DNA from: Octopus vulgaris
Lineage: Eukaryota
DNA length: 64,000 nucleotides
NCBI GenBank assembly: GCA_951406725.2
Contig: OX597816.1
Coordinates: 31,558,001-31,622,000, forward strand
Direction of reading: 5' to 3'
Shown here: positions 42,521-57,233 of the stretch, in pieces
How positions within the stretch are numbered: position 1 is the stretch's first letter
Layout of the letters: every line of letters starts with the position of its first letter
Position numbers and translations under genes: made by a program
Notes under the pieces: model-generated
Database searches by the model: none
What the model saw: the letters and a program-made list of their open reading frames with translations, nothing else
What the model was told of the DNA's origin: nothing

Positions 42521-44439
42521 GGATATATATGTGCGTGTGTGTCTATGTCTGTGTCCGTGTGTGCACGCATGCGTGCGTGTATGTATGTATTTGTGTGCTT
42601 GTGCGTGTGTGGGCGCGTATGTGTACGTACAAATGTCTCTATGCAAATATATATATATATATATATGTATGAATATCCATTTATGTATCTATCTACCTTA
42701 ACTCCATAATTCTCCCTCACTAAATAAGAATATTTGTGTGTATTTATATATGTATATCTATCTTCCTGTATGTGTATATATAGGAACCCCAACGCCCCCA
42801 CTCATATACACACATAAACGCAATCACCGATGCACACAAACACACACACACACATATATATATATCCTATCTAGCTACCTACCTCTCTGTCTATCTATGT
42901 GTCTATCTATGTATCTATCTCTATCTCTCTCTGCATATGTATATATATATATATATATAAACACAAGTACGTTTGTATGTATATCTGAGCTCGTGTATAT
43001 ACATGTACATATAAACGTACTTGTTGCATTGTAAGTGAATATATTGCATATTATATTACTTCCTTCAGTAGAGTACTAGCAATATCCAGAATATGTATTC
43101 ATGTATTCTATATTTCAAATTTATTTAGAAACGCTGTTGTACTCTGACAAAACTGTATAAAAATAAAAAAAAAATTAAACGGAAATCTAAAAGATTCCCC
43201 AGGTAATAAGAAAATTCTATATATCATACTGAAGAATGCAATAGATCAAACGTAAATGTGATGAAACCTGTTTATTTTCTAATAGTTATCTGTTTATATG
43301 AGAAGTTGTTTGTGCATACATTTGTATAGAGTGTGTTTATTTATAGATATAGATATTTCTCGTACATTTCTTACCAGATACTTCCACGATACCAATTTAT
43401 CGTTAATGTAGCAATATTAATGCATCTGTTTACTACTAGTTGAAAAGATTAAACGATACTGCAATATATCTTTATATATTTTCTCGCCGTTTACGTATTT
43501 TGATTTTTTCCTTATTCTTTTTCTATAGTTTTTATTCTCAAACAACACAACCATCGACCTACATCAAATATAGTGTACTCGGTTATTAAGTATATTATTT
43601 ATTCTTTCACCTAAGGCTGCCACCTGACAAATAGAGTAATTGAGACACGGGTAATGGATAACATAGTATTATTTCTTAATTTGCGCATCGTTCTAAGTGT
43701 AGCTTCAATATGGCTGCCTTATACATTTGGGATATTTCTTTTACGTAACATTGAACAATGAGGTTTAAATTATGCTAAGTCTGAGAGTCACACATATAAA
43801 TCCTTTGCATACTAAAAAGTCAGTCACCATTTCATGACTATCCTAGTATAAAATTATAAAAAATCGTAATCAAAATGCACATTTTAGAAAAATGAAAACA
43901 TTTCAGAGGATGTTCGTCAATGCACAGTGTGGATTATAAAAACACACAAGTAAATCTTGATACAATTTTGAGGATGAGGGATATGGAATCATTGATTATG
44001 ATACTGTTGCTGCGGTTGCTGCTAATGCTGATGCTGCAGCTCATGGTGATGATGCTTGGCTGGTGATAACAGTAATGGAGTACATATACCTTCACTAAGT
44101 ACAAACGAGCGTCCTAAGAGTGCTCGTCTTCTTGTTGATATGCTAAAAATAGGAGTCAAAAGTGTCTTCATTTATACTACGATCTTTTAAAAGGTGAACA
44201 AAGTGGAAGCTATTCTCTAGAATAAAGAAATAAAGCAATATTTACGGTTGTAATACTTTATATAATCTTCCGTCACATATTTTCCGATCAGTGTTCATAT
44301 AAGGCGAACATATACCAATAATGTACTTGTAAATGAACGAATGTGCAAGCATCAAAGCCACTGTCTAATATGTTAGTAATATCAGCTAATCCATCTTGAA
44401 ACAACATATCTCCAAGAAAGCGAAACTATTTAAATTTAT

Positions 44440-45606
44440 AGGAGGTGGTTTCAAAATTTTTCTGAACTAGTTTTGTTCGATAAAATATTACCTATTTACC
44501 TAATTTTTAACATAATTTCCTTCCAAATAATAACCTTGCGCACCAATATACCGGTCCTAGAGTTCCTGTCACATATGAAATCCGGCCTAGAATTCGTATT
44601 ATCATCTTGGTCAGAATTCAACAATGACTATGACGCCATCATTGCTGTGATACTAGCTCCTAGCGAAGTGTTTTATCACGTTGGGAGTTGATAAGAATGA
44701 GTTTGTGGCCAAATCAGGAGAATAGGGACGGTGATCAAGTAGTTCAATGCTACAGTCACGCAGTTATGGAAACCCTGGGATCGTATTCTGGATCTTTCGT
44801 CATTATTCCTGCACTTTTTGTCTTAAAAAAACAAATGTAACCGACTCAGCAATTTCCTATATTACACTGCGGTGATGGTGTAAACAGTTTGAAGAAAACA
44901 ATACATTTTGCCTCCTCCAAAACTGCACCCATCAGCTTCCTTGCTGATGAAATGACCTTCGCCTCTTCGTGGGAGTTGAGAAGAAGTGTTCGTCACTCTA
45001 AAAATCGTCTTTTGGTTTCTAGTTCAAAGTTTTGAAGCCAACAGTCATCACGGTTTTAGAAACGTTCAAGAAAACCAGCTACAAAGGGCCAAACAATACC
45101 AGGATTTCCTGTGACGTGATAAGACTTGTGCGCTTTTGATCAGATGTCAGAAGACATGGCACCCACCGAATATTGACCTTCGTCATGCCAAGTGCGTTAT
45201 ACAGAATATTACAAACTCTCTCACGGGATATGCATATAGCATTGGTTGTCTGGGTTATAGTTATTCGCCTAACATCGATCACCACGTAATGGACACGCCC
45301 AGCAATTGCGTATTGTCCAGATCTTGTGTCACCATCAAGACTCTCACTTTTCCTTCTGAATACAGCTGTCCACTTTTGTACTCTTGATAAAGCGAAAGCT
45401 TTATAACCTATTTTTTCGAGCATGACAGCACAAATTTGTACATTTTCATGAGACGTAGCTGAATTCTTCTTTGAACAGTCAGATGTAAGTTTACTTTAAA
45501 AGAAATGATGTAGTAATAAAACGATTTGAAATTAATGCATGAAAGATTTCACAGTAGTTGTAGCAGCACTTCATAGACAGACTATAAGCTTTAAACGTTC
45601 CCCTTT
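44440..45606 (-). mobile_element. decayed mariner (DD34D-type) transposon
   Basis: VQKWTAVFRR..ESLDGDTRSG...ISRERVCNIL..LGMTKVNIRWVPCLLT (WVPxxL motif). Degenerate TA-flanked TIRs near 44440 and 45600. Confidence 0.85.
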
Positions 45607-46399
45607 AAGACTACCGTTTAATCATGTGTGTAACCATTTTGGTTCTTTTTATGTTGAGTCATCACTGATTATTTAGGTAAAGAAAGCACATAGATACAAC
45701 AATATAAGCAGAAAATATATAGTTTGGGAGCATGATAAAAAGATGTTCATGGTTTTTCTGATATTGTTCTCCTAAAAATTATACAGGTTGGTTTCTACAG
45801 TAAAAAATGTAGCACTTTTCACATACACACACATACAAACAAACATACACACATACACACACACACACACGTACACACACATACACATAAACAACGGCAG
45901 CAATCTCATCAATAAAGGTTACAATATTAACAAGGAGTAAATCAATAACATCAAACATAACCAATGATAATAATATGACTAACGAGCGGTGGTGAACGTC
46001 GAGTCAAAACATGATAGACAATTATGCAAGAAGAACAATGATCACAACAATGAGATAAGCAATAATGAAAATAATTGTTTCTAGTAGATGAACAAGCCTA
46101 TATATCTTAAAGTTGATGCAATCTGAATCATTACAGGATAGGTATTTTATTTTTGTGGGATGAAACCGAAGATCGAAATCGACGCTCTTTGAACTCAGAA
46201 TGGAAAAGGGTTGAGTTAGCCAATAGAGAGCATGTTGTACAGCACTAAATATCACATGGAGTTTAGGTGATGGGCAAGTTGATTACAGTGCCTCAATAGT
46301 TCAACGGGTATTTATTTTATCCACCTAAAAAATGGCTAACGAAATCGACCTCCGTGGAATATAAATACATAAATGCTGTTAAGTATTGTGGTAAGAAGG

Positions 46400-46480
46400 A
46401 AGAAGATGAGGATACATATCCGTCAAATATCAATAATGTAAATAATGTACAGAATTTCTCATTTCTAAAATATAAAACAG
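46400..46480 (+). mobile_element. 5'-truncated tail fragment of the hammerhead element
   Basis: aagatgaggatacatatccgtcaaat...aatgtaaataatgtac...ctcatttctaaaatataaaacag matches the post-ribozyme tail and stops at the same terminus. Confidence 0.7.
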
Positions 46481-46649
46481 TATAACCACAACTGTTAACT
46501 AAAAACAGCATCGGCAGATAACAGAGTAATGAGGAGGATGTTGACCAGGAAAGAAAAGAGTTTAGTGATACAGTGTTACTTAGAAGGTGCACCTAAAAGA
46601 AGGGGTTATAGAACACGGATGTTAACACTTTGGGAAGCGATGGGTATGT

Positions 46650-47800
46650 TTAAAGAGACTAAGCAGTGATTAATAGATCAAGCTACTACTATTCGGAGAA
46701 AAAAGTGGATGACAGAATTGGAGGTAAGAGAGGTCACAACTGGAAAGGAAACATTAGGCTGTAGTAAAGACAAACAACAATACAAGACATACAGCTCAAA
46801 CCAAAGAAGAACCTAAAGAAAATATAATAATAGCACTATAAATAAGGAAGGGATTACTAGCACAAGCGACTTAAGTGAGTTAATTGAAGAAATCTGCAAA
46901 TATTTAGATGGGCTGCAGGATGTAATGAGTGAAGAAGTAAGGACATGATTACCAGCAGTAAAAGGCGCCAGCAGACGTAAGCCTCTGGTAATGACTAGAA
47001 GAGTAGAAGACAATATGTGAGTAGAATAGAAGCCTGGAATCTGAATACGCTAGGAAAAAGACGATACATATCATCTATTTACAAAAGATACTTAGCCAAA
47101 GAGAAAAAATTTGGTACAGTAAGAGAAGAGTTGAAACAATGTATCGAAACAGTAGAAGACAAGCTCTCCATATATCAGAAAAAAATAGGTCAGGATCGCG
47201 GGATCAACAGAACTTATTTGAGCCAAAGCACAGTATGTTTTATAACGAAAACAATGATGGAGAAATAGGTACCGAAGATGAGAAACATAAAGTAGATGAA
47301 GATGGAAAGTTATGGAGTAACAATGGAGATGCAGTATGGTAGCAAAAAAAGAGGGAAGAAGTATTGAGTGAGGGGCAGCCAGATCTAATTCTAACTATTG
47401 CATTAAGGATTAAAGTGTTAGGATTAGCTTATTAGAGAGAGGACACTACTCATTATGAAAGATAAGGAAAAAGTGTAACGCAGCTAGAAACTATAGAACA
47501 AACACTTGATTACCATTAATGTTGAAGCTGTTAAGAGAAATACTTTCAAAAAGCAGATACGTGCATCTATACTGAATTTACTGCCACAAGAACAGAAAGG
47601 TTTCAGGAAGAAGGCTACAGCAACTTAATAGCTGCTATAAGGGTAGTGCACTTGCAGAAAACAGCACTGCTCGGAGCCATTCGGAAACTCAGGATGGTGC
47701 TCGAAAAATAAGGGGTGTTACTCTAGTTCACTGGTACTGAACAGCTGACACCGTAGCACGTCTCCAGCGTTAGAAGCTGTGCAAAGACAATAACAGACAG
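46650..47800 (+). mobile_element. decayed, internally deleted R4/Dong LINE (family C)
   Basis: VREELKQCIE...QQNLFE..SMFY aligns with IKETLKQKVQ...KQNKLF..KKFY. LPQEQKGFRK is joined directly to the C-terminus LQKTALLGAIRKLRMVLEK*, followed by a 3' UTR and TAA/GAT tract. Confidence 0.7.
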
Positions 47801-47823
47801 TTATAATAATAATGATGATGATA

Positions 47824-47854
<31 letters not shown>

Positions 47855-47876
47855 TAATAATGATAAAAATGATAAT

Positions 47877-48095
47877 AAGATTGTCTTAACTGGTACATCA
47901 CACGTATTGAGAAGAGCATTGTCGCTGTGAGAGCTGTTACTGCCCATGTATTTTAATTTAACCTTAAAAAAAATGAACGAACTATTGAGTTTGGTTTAAT
48001 GGCCTACCAATGTATAGTATGAGTTTCTTTGCCCTAGGAGTCGGGAAGACGCTCGGCAAGAAATGGAAGCAAATTTGAAAGAAGAAGAAAAAAAA
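47877..48095 (+). mobile_element. short 3' end of Dong family B (second copy at 49428-49646)
   Basis: KIVLTGTSHVLRRALSL* plus a 3' UTR closely matching 56967-57140; flanked by TAA tracts. Confidence 0.9.
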
Positions 48096-48100
48096 TGATG

Positions 48101-48179
<79 letters not shown>

Positions 48180-48180
48180 C

Positions 48181-48265
<85 letters not shown>

Positions 48266-48580
48266 TTAATAATAATAATAATAAGACCCGGAGCCAGCAG
48301 CTTTTAGGACAGCCACCACATAGCGATAGTCCACCATGTCAAATGTATTGCATTGGTCCAAATTAACCAGTATCCCTTGAAAGCCAAATATGTTCCTAAT
48401 AAACAATGAGAAATATAACAAGAACAACAACAACAAAAGCACAAAAATAACAAAATAATAATGACAACAACAATAATATTCACGATGATGATGATGATGA
48501 TGATGATGATGATACTACTACTACTACTACTACTAATAATAATAATAATAATAATAATATTAATAATAATAATATTAATA

Positions 48581-49014
48581 AGATAGAGAAATTAAGGCCA
48601 ACAGACCAGATATAGTTGCCAGAGATCATGAAGAAAAAAAATGCTTTCTAATTGATGTATCAATAACGGCAGATGACAACGTGTCTCTAAAAGAAATGGA
48701 TAAACTCTCAAAATACAAAGACCTGGAAATAGAGGTAACTAGAATGTGGAATCTGAAAACAGAAACAATTCCTATCATAGTAGGTGCATTAGGCATGATA
48801 AAAAAATATTCAGACAAATACATAACAAAAACACCAGGACTTACAAACACATATAACATACAGAAAATTGCACTACTAGGCACTGCACACATCCTACGCA
48901 GAACACTTTCAATACAATAACCATCAGAGCATCACAACAAATCACAGCACATACCCAAGGCACACAGAGCTGCGCTCGGTAGTGAAGTGAAAGCACGCTA
49001 TAAAAATAAAACTA

Positions 49015-49018
<4 letters not shown>
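48581..49018 (+). mobile_element. 3' end of Dong family A
   Basis: DREIKANRPDIV..DHEEKKCFLIDVSI (PD..D RLE motif) through RRTLSIQ*, then 3' UTR and (TAA)n. Confidence 0.92.
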
Positions 49019-49090
<72 letters not shown>

Positions 49091-49095
49091 TAATA

Positions 49096-49835
<740 letters not shown>

Positions 49836-50539
49836 GAAGAAGAAGAAGAAGAATTAATTTTAATTAATTCGTCATTCATTGACTACAAATGAGAAAAACT
49901 TGGCCAGATAACAAACTGCCTGTCTTCAAACATTTCACTTGGTTTGGCAACACAGCCACTGAGCGGAGAATGATCTTACCTCTCTTCCCTGTTAAAGGAA
50001 GGTGGTGTGATGATCTGCACAATACACTCACCGAGCAGCTCGATTAATCTTACAGGAGAAAAAATTTGCTCATCACAAGACCATAAGTATCTAACGCACG
50101 GACACTAACCTATTGCGTGCAGGATGGTTTCGTCCTACTCCATGGAAATCGGGCATTTTCCAGAGTTGGCACTTCCATTCCCGAAAAGCTTGTCTCAAGC
50201 ATGCGGTTACCCCCTGTAGTACTGACATGACGAAGACCTTTAGAATTTGCTCATGGTCTTCGACCCGAAAACATCTACAGGATACTACTCAAATTGTACT
50301 CATCGATTACTAAAATCAAGCATGACATTACAAGCCATCACGGACTGAGTATGATTGCTGACAGCAGAAGGGTTTTCCAATCAGCGAAAGCTGACACATC
50401 CATAAGAATTGAAAAAGCATGGTCTTCAATATCGACACAGTTTTTCTCGGCTAGTGATGGTACACTTCTGATGCGTACTTACTTCTGATATTTTATAGAC
50501 AGCTTCCTATATTTCCAGTTGTTATTGAGCTTGGCCACC

Positions 50540-51060
50540 TGGGTATCTAGTCAGAACCAGGTTCCATACACTTTTACTGGATATCTCCTCAAGTGAGAGA
50601 AATCATCGCTAGTCAACATGGTTTTGCCTCTCTAAATGTCTAGTAGCCATCCCACTGATTTGTCCTCGTTTATGTTTGCTCCTGTACTTGTCTGATACTC
50701 ATCCAGTATCCAGTATACAAGGTCTCTGATGTAGTCTGCAAACGCACACACACTTCTCCAGTGGCCAACTTCCAGCGCGTATACCTCGAATTCTCCAGAC
50801 TTCCTAGCAAAGATTCTAATGCTAAAACATAAAAAAAAGCGGGGAAATGGGGTATCTTTAATGAACCGAACGTAAAATACAGATATGTTTCGGAGGTGGC
50901 TACTTAATTTGAATGGCAAACAGGTGGCACTATACATTGTAATGATCCATTCGTCAGGGACAGACCCGGAGCCAGCAGCGCCACCACATAGCGATAGTCC
51001 ACCATGTCAAATGTATTGCATTGGTCCAAATTAACCAGTATCCCTTGAAAGCCAAATATG
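50540..51060 (-). mobile_element. decayed L1/Tx1-clade RT fragment (partial duplicate at 48284-48400)
   Basis: GILVNLDQCNTFDMVDYRY (LDQxKAFDRVDH), FADY (YADD) and TGANINEDKSVG (GAxINxxKS). Confidence 0.7.
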
Positions 51061-51218
51061 TTCCTAATAAACAATGAGAAATATAACAAGAACAACAACA
51101 ACAAAAGCACAAAAATAACAAAATAATAATGACAACAACAATAAAATTCACGATGATGATGATGATGATGATGATACTAATAATAATAATAATAATATTA
51201 ATAATAATAATATTAATA

Positions 51219-51652
51219 AGATAGAGAAATTAAGGCCAACAGACCAGATATAGTTGTCAGAGATCATGAAGAAAAAAAATGCTTTCTAATTGATGTATCA
51301 ATACCGGCAGATGACAACGTGTCTCTAAAAGAAATGGATAAACTCTCAAAATACAAAGACCTGGAAATAGAGGTAACTAGAATGTGGAATCTGAAAACAG
51401 AAACAATTCCTATCATAGTAGGTGCATTAGGCATGATAAAAAAATATTCAGACAAATACATAACAAAAACACCAGGACTTACAAACACATATAACATACA
51501 GAAAATTGCACTACTAGGCACTGCACACATCCTACGCAGAACACTTTCAATACAATAACAATCAGAGCATCACAACAAATCACAGCACATACCCAAGGCA
51601 CACAGAGCCGCGCTCGGTAGTGAAGTGAAAGCACGCTATAAAAATAAAATTA

Positions 51653-51658
<6 letters not shown>
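51219..51658 (+). mobile_element. 3' end of Dong family A; 50962-51658 duplicates 48284-49018
   Basis: Same 5' truncation point and same upstream flank as the 48581 copy. Confidence 0.92.
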
Positions 51659-51722
<64 letters not shown>

Positions 51723-51881
51723 TTGACAGCGGCTGGACGTGTTCCTCACTGCTCTGACAGTTCGGTGGCCGAAAGCCATAGAAACACTAATATGGGCCAG
51801 TTTAGCAACCGGGAAAAATAACTCTCAAAGACTGGAACATCTACAATACCTCGTGAGTATTTGAAATTCTCTTCAAAGTGG

Positions 51882-52798
51882 GTTAAGAAATTTACAAATT
51901 TACGTATCTACAGCTTTCAAACATACATCCGATCGGCTTTAAAAACTTTAATACCCACAACTGCCTCTGTAAGCACCATTTTTCTTTCTTTCTTTTTTTT
52001 TTCTTTTCTCTAAAAGCATCACGCTTTTCTTTTTTTCTTTTTGTAGACTTGCAAAACCCTAAAACTTTCTATGAATATCTGACTTTTCTTTGCTTCCTCC
52101 CAGAATATTCAAATATAAATGTAAACATATACTTTTTATTGCAAAAACACACCTGTTCTTCTAACTGGACATACAAATATGACTAGAGGGGTCAACTTCA
52201 ACCTCCACAATATTACCTTGCACGAAATATACAAACACTTTTTATTGCAATAACACAAACGCACATGGAAAAAATAATGATGCTAAGATTCTCTCTGGTC
52301 AAACACAGCTTCTCTATTCACAAATAATACAGAACAGCCCTTCAAAATAAGTTAAGAAAATTTACAAATTTACATATCTACAGTTTTCAATCATACATTC
52401 GACCAGCTTTAAAAACTTTGATACCCACAATTGCCTCTGTAAACATCCTCTTTTTTTTTTTCTTCTCTCTAAAAACATCACGCTTTTCTTTTTGTGGACT
52501 TTCAAAACCGTAAAACTTTCTATGAAAATCTGACTTTTCTTTGCTTCCTCCCTGAATATTCAAATATAAATGTAAACATATACTTTTTATTGCAAAAACA
52601 CACCTGTTCTTCTAACTGGACATACAAACATCTCTAGAAAAGTCAACTTCAACCTCCACAATATTACCTTACACGAAATATACAAACACTTTTTATTGCA
52701 ATAACACAAACGCACATGGAAGAAAAATGATGATGCTAAGATTCTCTCTGGTCGAACACAACTTCTCTATTCACAAACAATACAGGACACCCCTTCCT
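51882..52798. repeat. diverged tandem duplication, two units of ~460 bp
   Basis: gttaagaaa(a)tttacaaatttac... starts at 51882 and 52351 and both units end at ...cccttc. Confidence 0.9.
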
Positions 52799-53189
52799 TA
52801 ATTTTTCTTAAGGCTAATAGTAGTAAACGTCTGAACTTTTTTTGACCCCACCCAAGAAAAAAAAAAAAAAAAAAAAAACACACAAACCTCACCTCGGCTC
52901 TATTGTTAACCAAATATGAAAGTATTATTTGACAGGCAAGAACTCTGGCATTGAAGACAGTCAGCCAGCCAACCACCAAGCCAGCCAACGAGACAGACAG
53001 ACACTACTGTGATGGTGATAATGATAAAAAAACAAAAATAACAATAATAAGATACTGCTGTGACTACACATAAAACAATATCATTGATGATGATGGTGGT
53101 GATGGTGATGGTGATGATGATGATGATGATGGTAATGGTGGTGATAATGATGATAGTGATGGTAATGGTGAAGATAATAACAATAATAA

Positions 53190-56100
53190 GCCGACTACGG
53201 CTGCTATAATGGTACGATTATAATTGTAACGGCAATGATGGCCGTCTCCCCACGAGCCAATCAAAGCTAAAAAATGATAACATTATCGTAGCACCAAAAT
53301 GTTTTTGGAAACTAAAAGGAAAACTAAATCAGTATACCAAATCGCTTGTCCTATGGTTAATCTGGAAGCGCGTCCCCCAGGGAAGAGCCAGCCTGGGATC
53401 GAAAAGTCATCAACTGGCACAAACTCTTCTCCGAATACGGACATGGATGGTCACTTGAACGGGAAATCCCCCAACTCGAGCCCTCCAAGTTCACCACCAC
53501 AACCACCACAGAAAGAAAAATGTAAGCGGAACAAATGGACCCGAGAAGAGTATAAAGAAGTAATATACGCTTATTACTATGCATTAGGTAGGCCATCTCA
53601 AGAGAGACACACCGCAAACACTTACAGTATATGGAGAACACGGAATCAAGACAGTAGGCCCTATTTGGACGAGAACAAATTAGCAAATGTGAGGAGGGAT
53701 ATCTTTAGAAATAACAGACTCACAGACAGTGAAATAAGTGCGATCAAGCACGCAACGGAAAATGACATAAATATAAGACACAAAGGAAATGAAGAATCAG
53801 ATGAACAGTATAGCCCGCCACGAGGCTTAATTGAAAGACTGCCATCTGACCAAAGTACGGAAAGGCCTGAAGATACAAGAAATTCTATTGTACCTGTTAA
53901 AGATAGCCAGGAAAAAGAAAAAACAACAGTAACTGAAGATCTCGCATTTGCTGAAGAACACAGAGAGTCTATGGCAGAAATGAAGCAGAAAATCCTGAAT
54001 ACGCTTGAAGTTGTAAGACATACAAGTATGAATGATAGAGAACCGCTTCATAAACTCTCAAATACAAACCAAAATAAAAAACAAATCCAAATCGGCAACT
54101 ATGTAACAAATGAAATAATACGAGAATTAAAACCTGATTTTACTGAGTTAAATGAAATTATTTACGCTTCTGCTAGGGCAATTGAAACCAGCTGTATGCC
54201 CCCGAAAAAACAAAGAAAACAAAACCTGGGAAGAAATCAAACCTGGAGAAGTAAAATTGAAAAAGAGATTGAATTTATGAGAGGGGAAATATCAATATTA
54301 AATGAACTAATATGTGGAAATGATGTAAGATCCAGAACAGGAAGAAAGATGAAGAGAAAATTTGGATCCTCACCAAGAGAAGAACTGATATCAATAAAAG
54401 AAACGCTGAAACAAAAAGTCCAAGCAAAAGCCCAAAGAATACGAAGATTTGAGAAGAGAAACAAGTTTTACAAGCAAAATAAGCTGTTCACATCCAATGC
54501 CAAAAAATTCTACAGAGAAAAAGGGAAGGAGAAAGTAACCGTTAAAGACCCCCCTCCCATGGAAGAAGTTCAAAACTTTTGGGAAAGGATTTGGAGTGAC
54601 AAGAAGACGTACAACATAAATGCAGACTGGATTATACAAACTGAAGGATCTTACCAAAATTTACAACAACAAGCATGGGAAGACATCACAATAGCAGACC
54701 TAAGAAAGGCACTCACGAAGGCCCATAATTGGAAATCCCCCGGTAAAGATAGGGTGACGAATTTCTGGCTCGCATCGCTCCCGTGCGCACACGGTAAGCT
54801 AGTTCAGCTGCTCAATGGAATTTTGAGAGACCCAAAGAAAACACCTGAATGGTTAGCAAGTGGCATTACTTACCTACTCCCAAAGAATAACGAAACCAAC
54901 CTTCCAAAAAACTATCGGCCTATAACCTGTCTATCCACCACGTATAAAATCCTAACATCTATCCTGGCGGAGAAAACATATGCATTCATGGAGAAGAACG
55001 ATATTTTCCCCATTGAACAAAAAGGGTGCCGCCGAGGCTCTTACGGATGCAAAGATCAACTGCTAATCAATCGTATGATCCTTGAGAACTGTCACAACAA
55101 GCGCAGAAATCTCAGCACCGCATGGATTGACTATAAAAAGGCCTTCGACAGTATACCGCATCCATGGATCTTGAGATCGCTGGACATCTTTAAAATTTCC
55201 CCTGTGATTTCAAACTTCCTGAAGCACAATATGTCGTTGTGGAATACGAATCTCCAATTATACCACTCTAATGGAGTACTTGCCTCAGAAAATATAAACA
55301 TCAACTGTGGAATTTTTCAAGGTGACTCACTTTCACCTTTAATGCATAGCCCTAATACCCCTTACAAGTGAATTAAACAGAACAGGGTATGGGTATAAAA
55401 TTGCCAATAAAAAAATAAGCCATCTTTTTTATATGGATGACTTAAAACTTTATGGTAAAGACAATAATGAACTTGAAGGCCTATTGCGCACCGTGAAAGC
55501 ATTCAGCGATGACATCGGGATGGAGTTTGGACTTGAGAAGTGTGCCAAGACCACTTTCCAGAAAGGGAAAGTGAAGACCACAAATTCAGTCGTGTTAGAT
55601 GTGGACACAGTCATAAGAGAGCTTGAGCAAGAACAGACATACAAATATTTAGGGATAAATGAAGGCTCTGGTATTCAGCATGCAAGCATGAAAGAGAAAA
55701 TCAGGAAGGAATGTTATAGGAGAGTTCGTGCAGTCCTGAAATCTGAACTAAATGCACGTAACAAGGTGTTAGCTATAAATTCCTTAGCAGTTCCAGTTGT
55801 TACTTATAGCTACAATGTGTTGAACTGGAATATGAGTGAAGTAAAGAATATAGATAGAAAAATACGCAAGCTGCTGAGTTGTAATAGGATGCACCACCCA
55901 AAGGCAGACGTAGATCGCCTTTACCTTTCCCAGAGCCCAAGGAGGTCGAGGCCTGATCCAATTTGAACTAGCTTACAAAACAACCACAATTGGACTGGCC
56001 AAATATCTCGAAATATCGAATGACTGGATGCTAAAGCTCGTGGAAAATCACGAGAGACGAAAGAAGCTTCATTCTATCATCAAGGAAAGCAAAAAATTTG

Positions 56101-57138
56101 CTATTGATCTCGTGCAGGATACCCAAACTGAACAACCCGAGGGAAGTACGGCAACTATTGTTGCAAAGAAGGTGAAAATGATGGCAATGAAAAAAGCGCA
56201 CGAGCAATTGGCTGATAGGTGGGAGGAGAAACCTCTGCACGGCAAATATGTGACCCGCAGCAAACAAGCTGATGTTGACCAGAAGCAAACCCATCAGTGG
56301 CTGCGGAGCTCAGGGCTAAAAGCAGAGAGCGAAGGTTTCATCCTGGCTGCTCAAGACCAAAGCCTATTAACCCGGAACTACCAGGCCAATGTGATGAAAA
56401 ATGGAGCAGACCCAAAATGCCTATTCTGCAACGACATGATTGAAACAGTGGATCTCTGGATGTAAAGTCTTAGCACCAGTGGAGTATAAATTAAGACATG
56501 ACAGAGTTGGCCAATATCTCCACTGGCTAATAAGTCGGCATTACAATATCAAAACTGCCGACAAGTGGTATAATCACCACCCTGAGGCTGTAACTGAAGG
56601 AGAAAATGTAACCATTCTGTGGGACTTTCCAGTACATACAGACCGAACCATCAAGGCCAATAAACCAGATATTGTTGTGAAAGACCAAAACAATAAAGTT
56701 TGCTTATTGATCGACATGAGTATCCCCTGTGATCATAATATCTCAGCGAAAGAGTTTGACAAGCTCAGAAAATATAAAGACCTACTCATTGAAATTGAGA
56801 AAATGTGGCATCTCAAGGCGGTTACAATACCAGTGATCGTAGGAGCACTAGGAATGATCAAGAAGGGAACCGAAAATTATATGAGAATGATCCCTGGCTT
56901 ACCATCCCTGCAAGAAGTGCAAAAGACTGTACATCACACGTATTGAGAAGAGCATTGTCGATGTGAGAACTGTTGCTGCTCATGTATTTTAATTTAACTT
57001 TAAAAAAAAAAAAAAAAATGAACGAACTACTGAGTTTGGTTTAATGGCCTACCAATATATACTATGAGTTTCTTTGCCCTAGGAGTCGGGAAGACACTCG
57101 GCAAGAAATGGAAGAAAATTTGAATGAAGAAAAAAAAA

Positions 57139-57140
<2 letters not shown>
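53190..57140 (+). mobile_element. near full-length R4/Dong-clade non-LTR retrotransposon, family B (5' boundary uncertain, 53190-53300)
   Basis: Single-ORF architecture: N-terminal KWTREE domain, RT, CCHC finger, RLE. ~175-nt 3' UTR followed by (TAA)n(GAA)n. TAA-repeat targeting is established for Dong elements. Confidence 0.93.
53299..56966 (+). pseudogene. Dong/R4 polyprotein (reverse transcriptase + restriction-like endonuclease), broken by four small indels
   Basis: KSPGKD, NYRPITCL, EQKGCRRG, IDYKKAFDS, GIFQGDSLSPL, YMDD, YKYLG, CLFC..ETVD[H]..SGC, RHD, KPDIV..IDMS, KYKDL. Frame breaks at ~55341, ~55927, ~56453 and ~56928. Confidence 0.93.

Positions 57141-57233
<93 letters not shown>

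Noticed and set aside
51738-51787. Hammerhead reading of ctgacag...gaaacac
   Set aside because: The core is CUGACAG rather than CUGANGA, and stem I cannot form.
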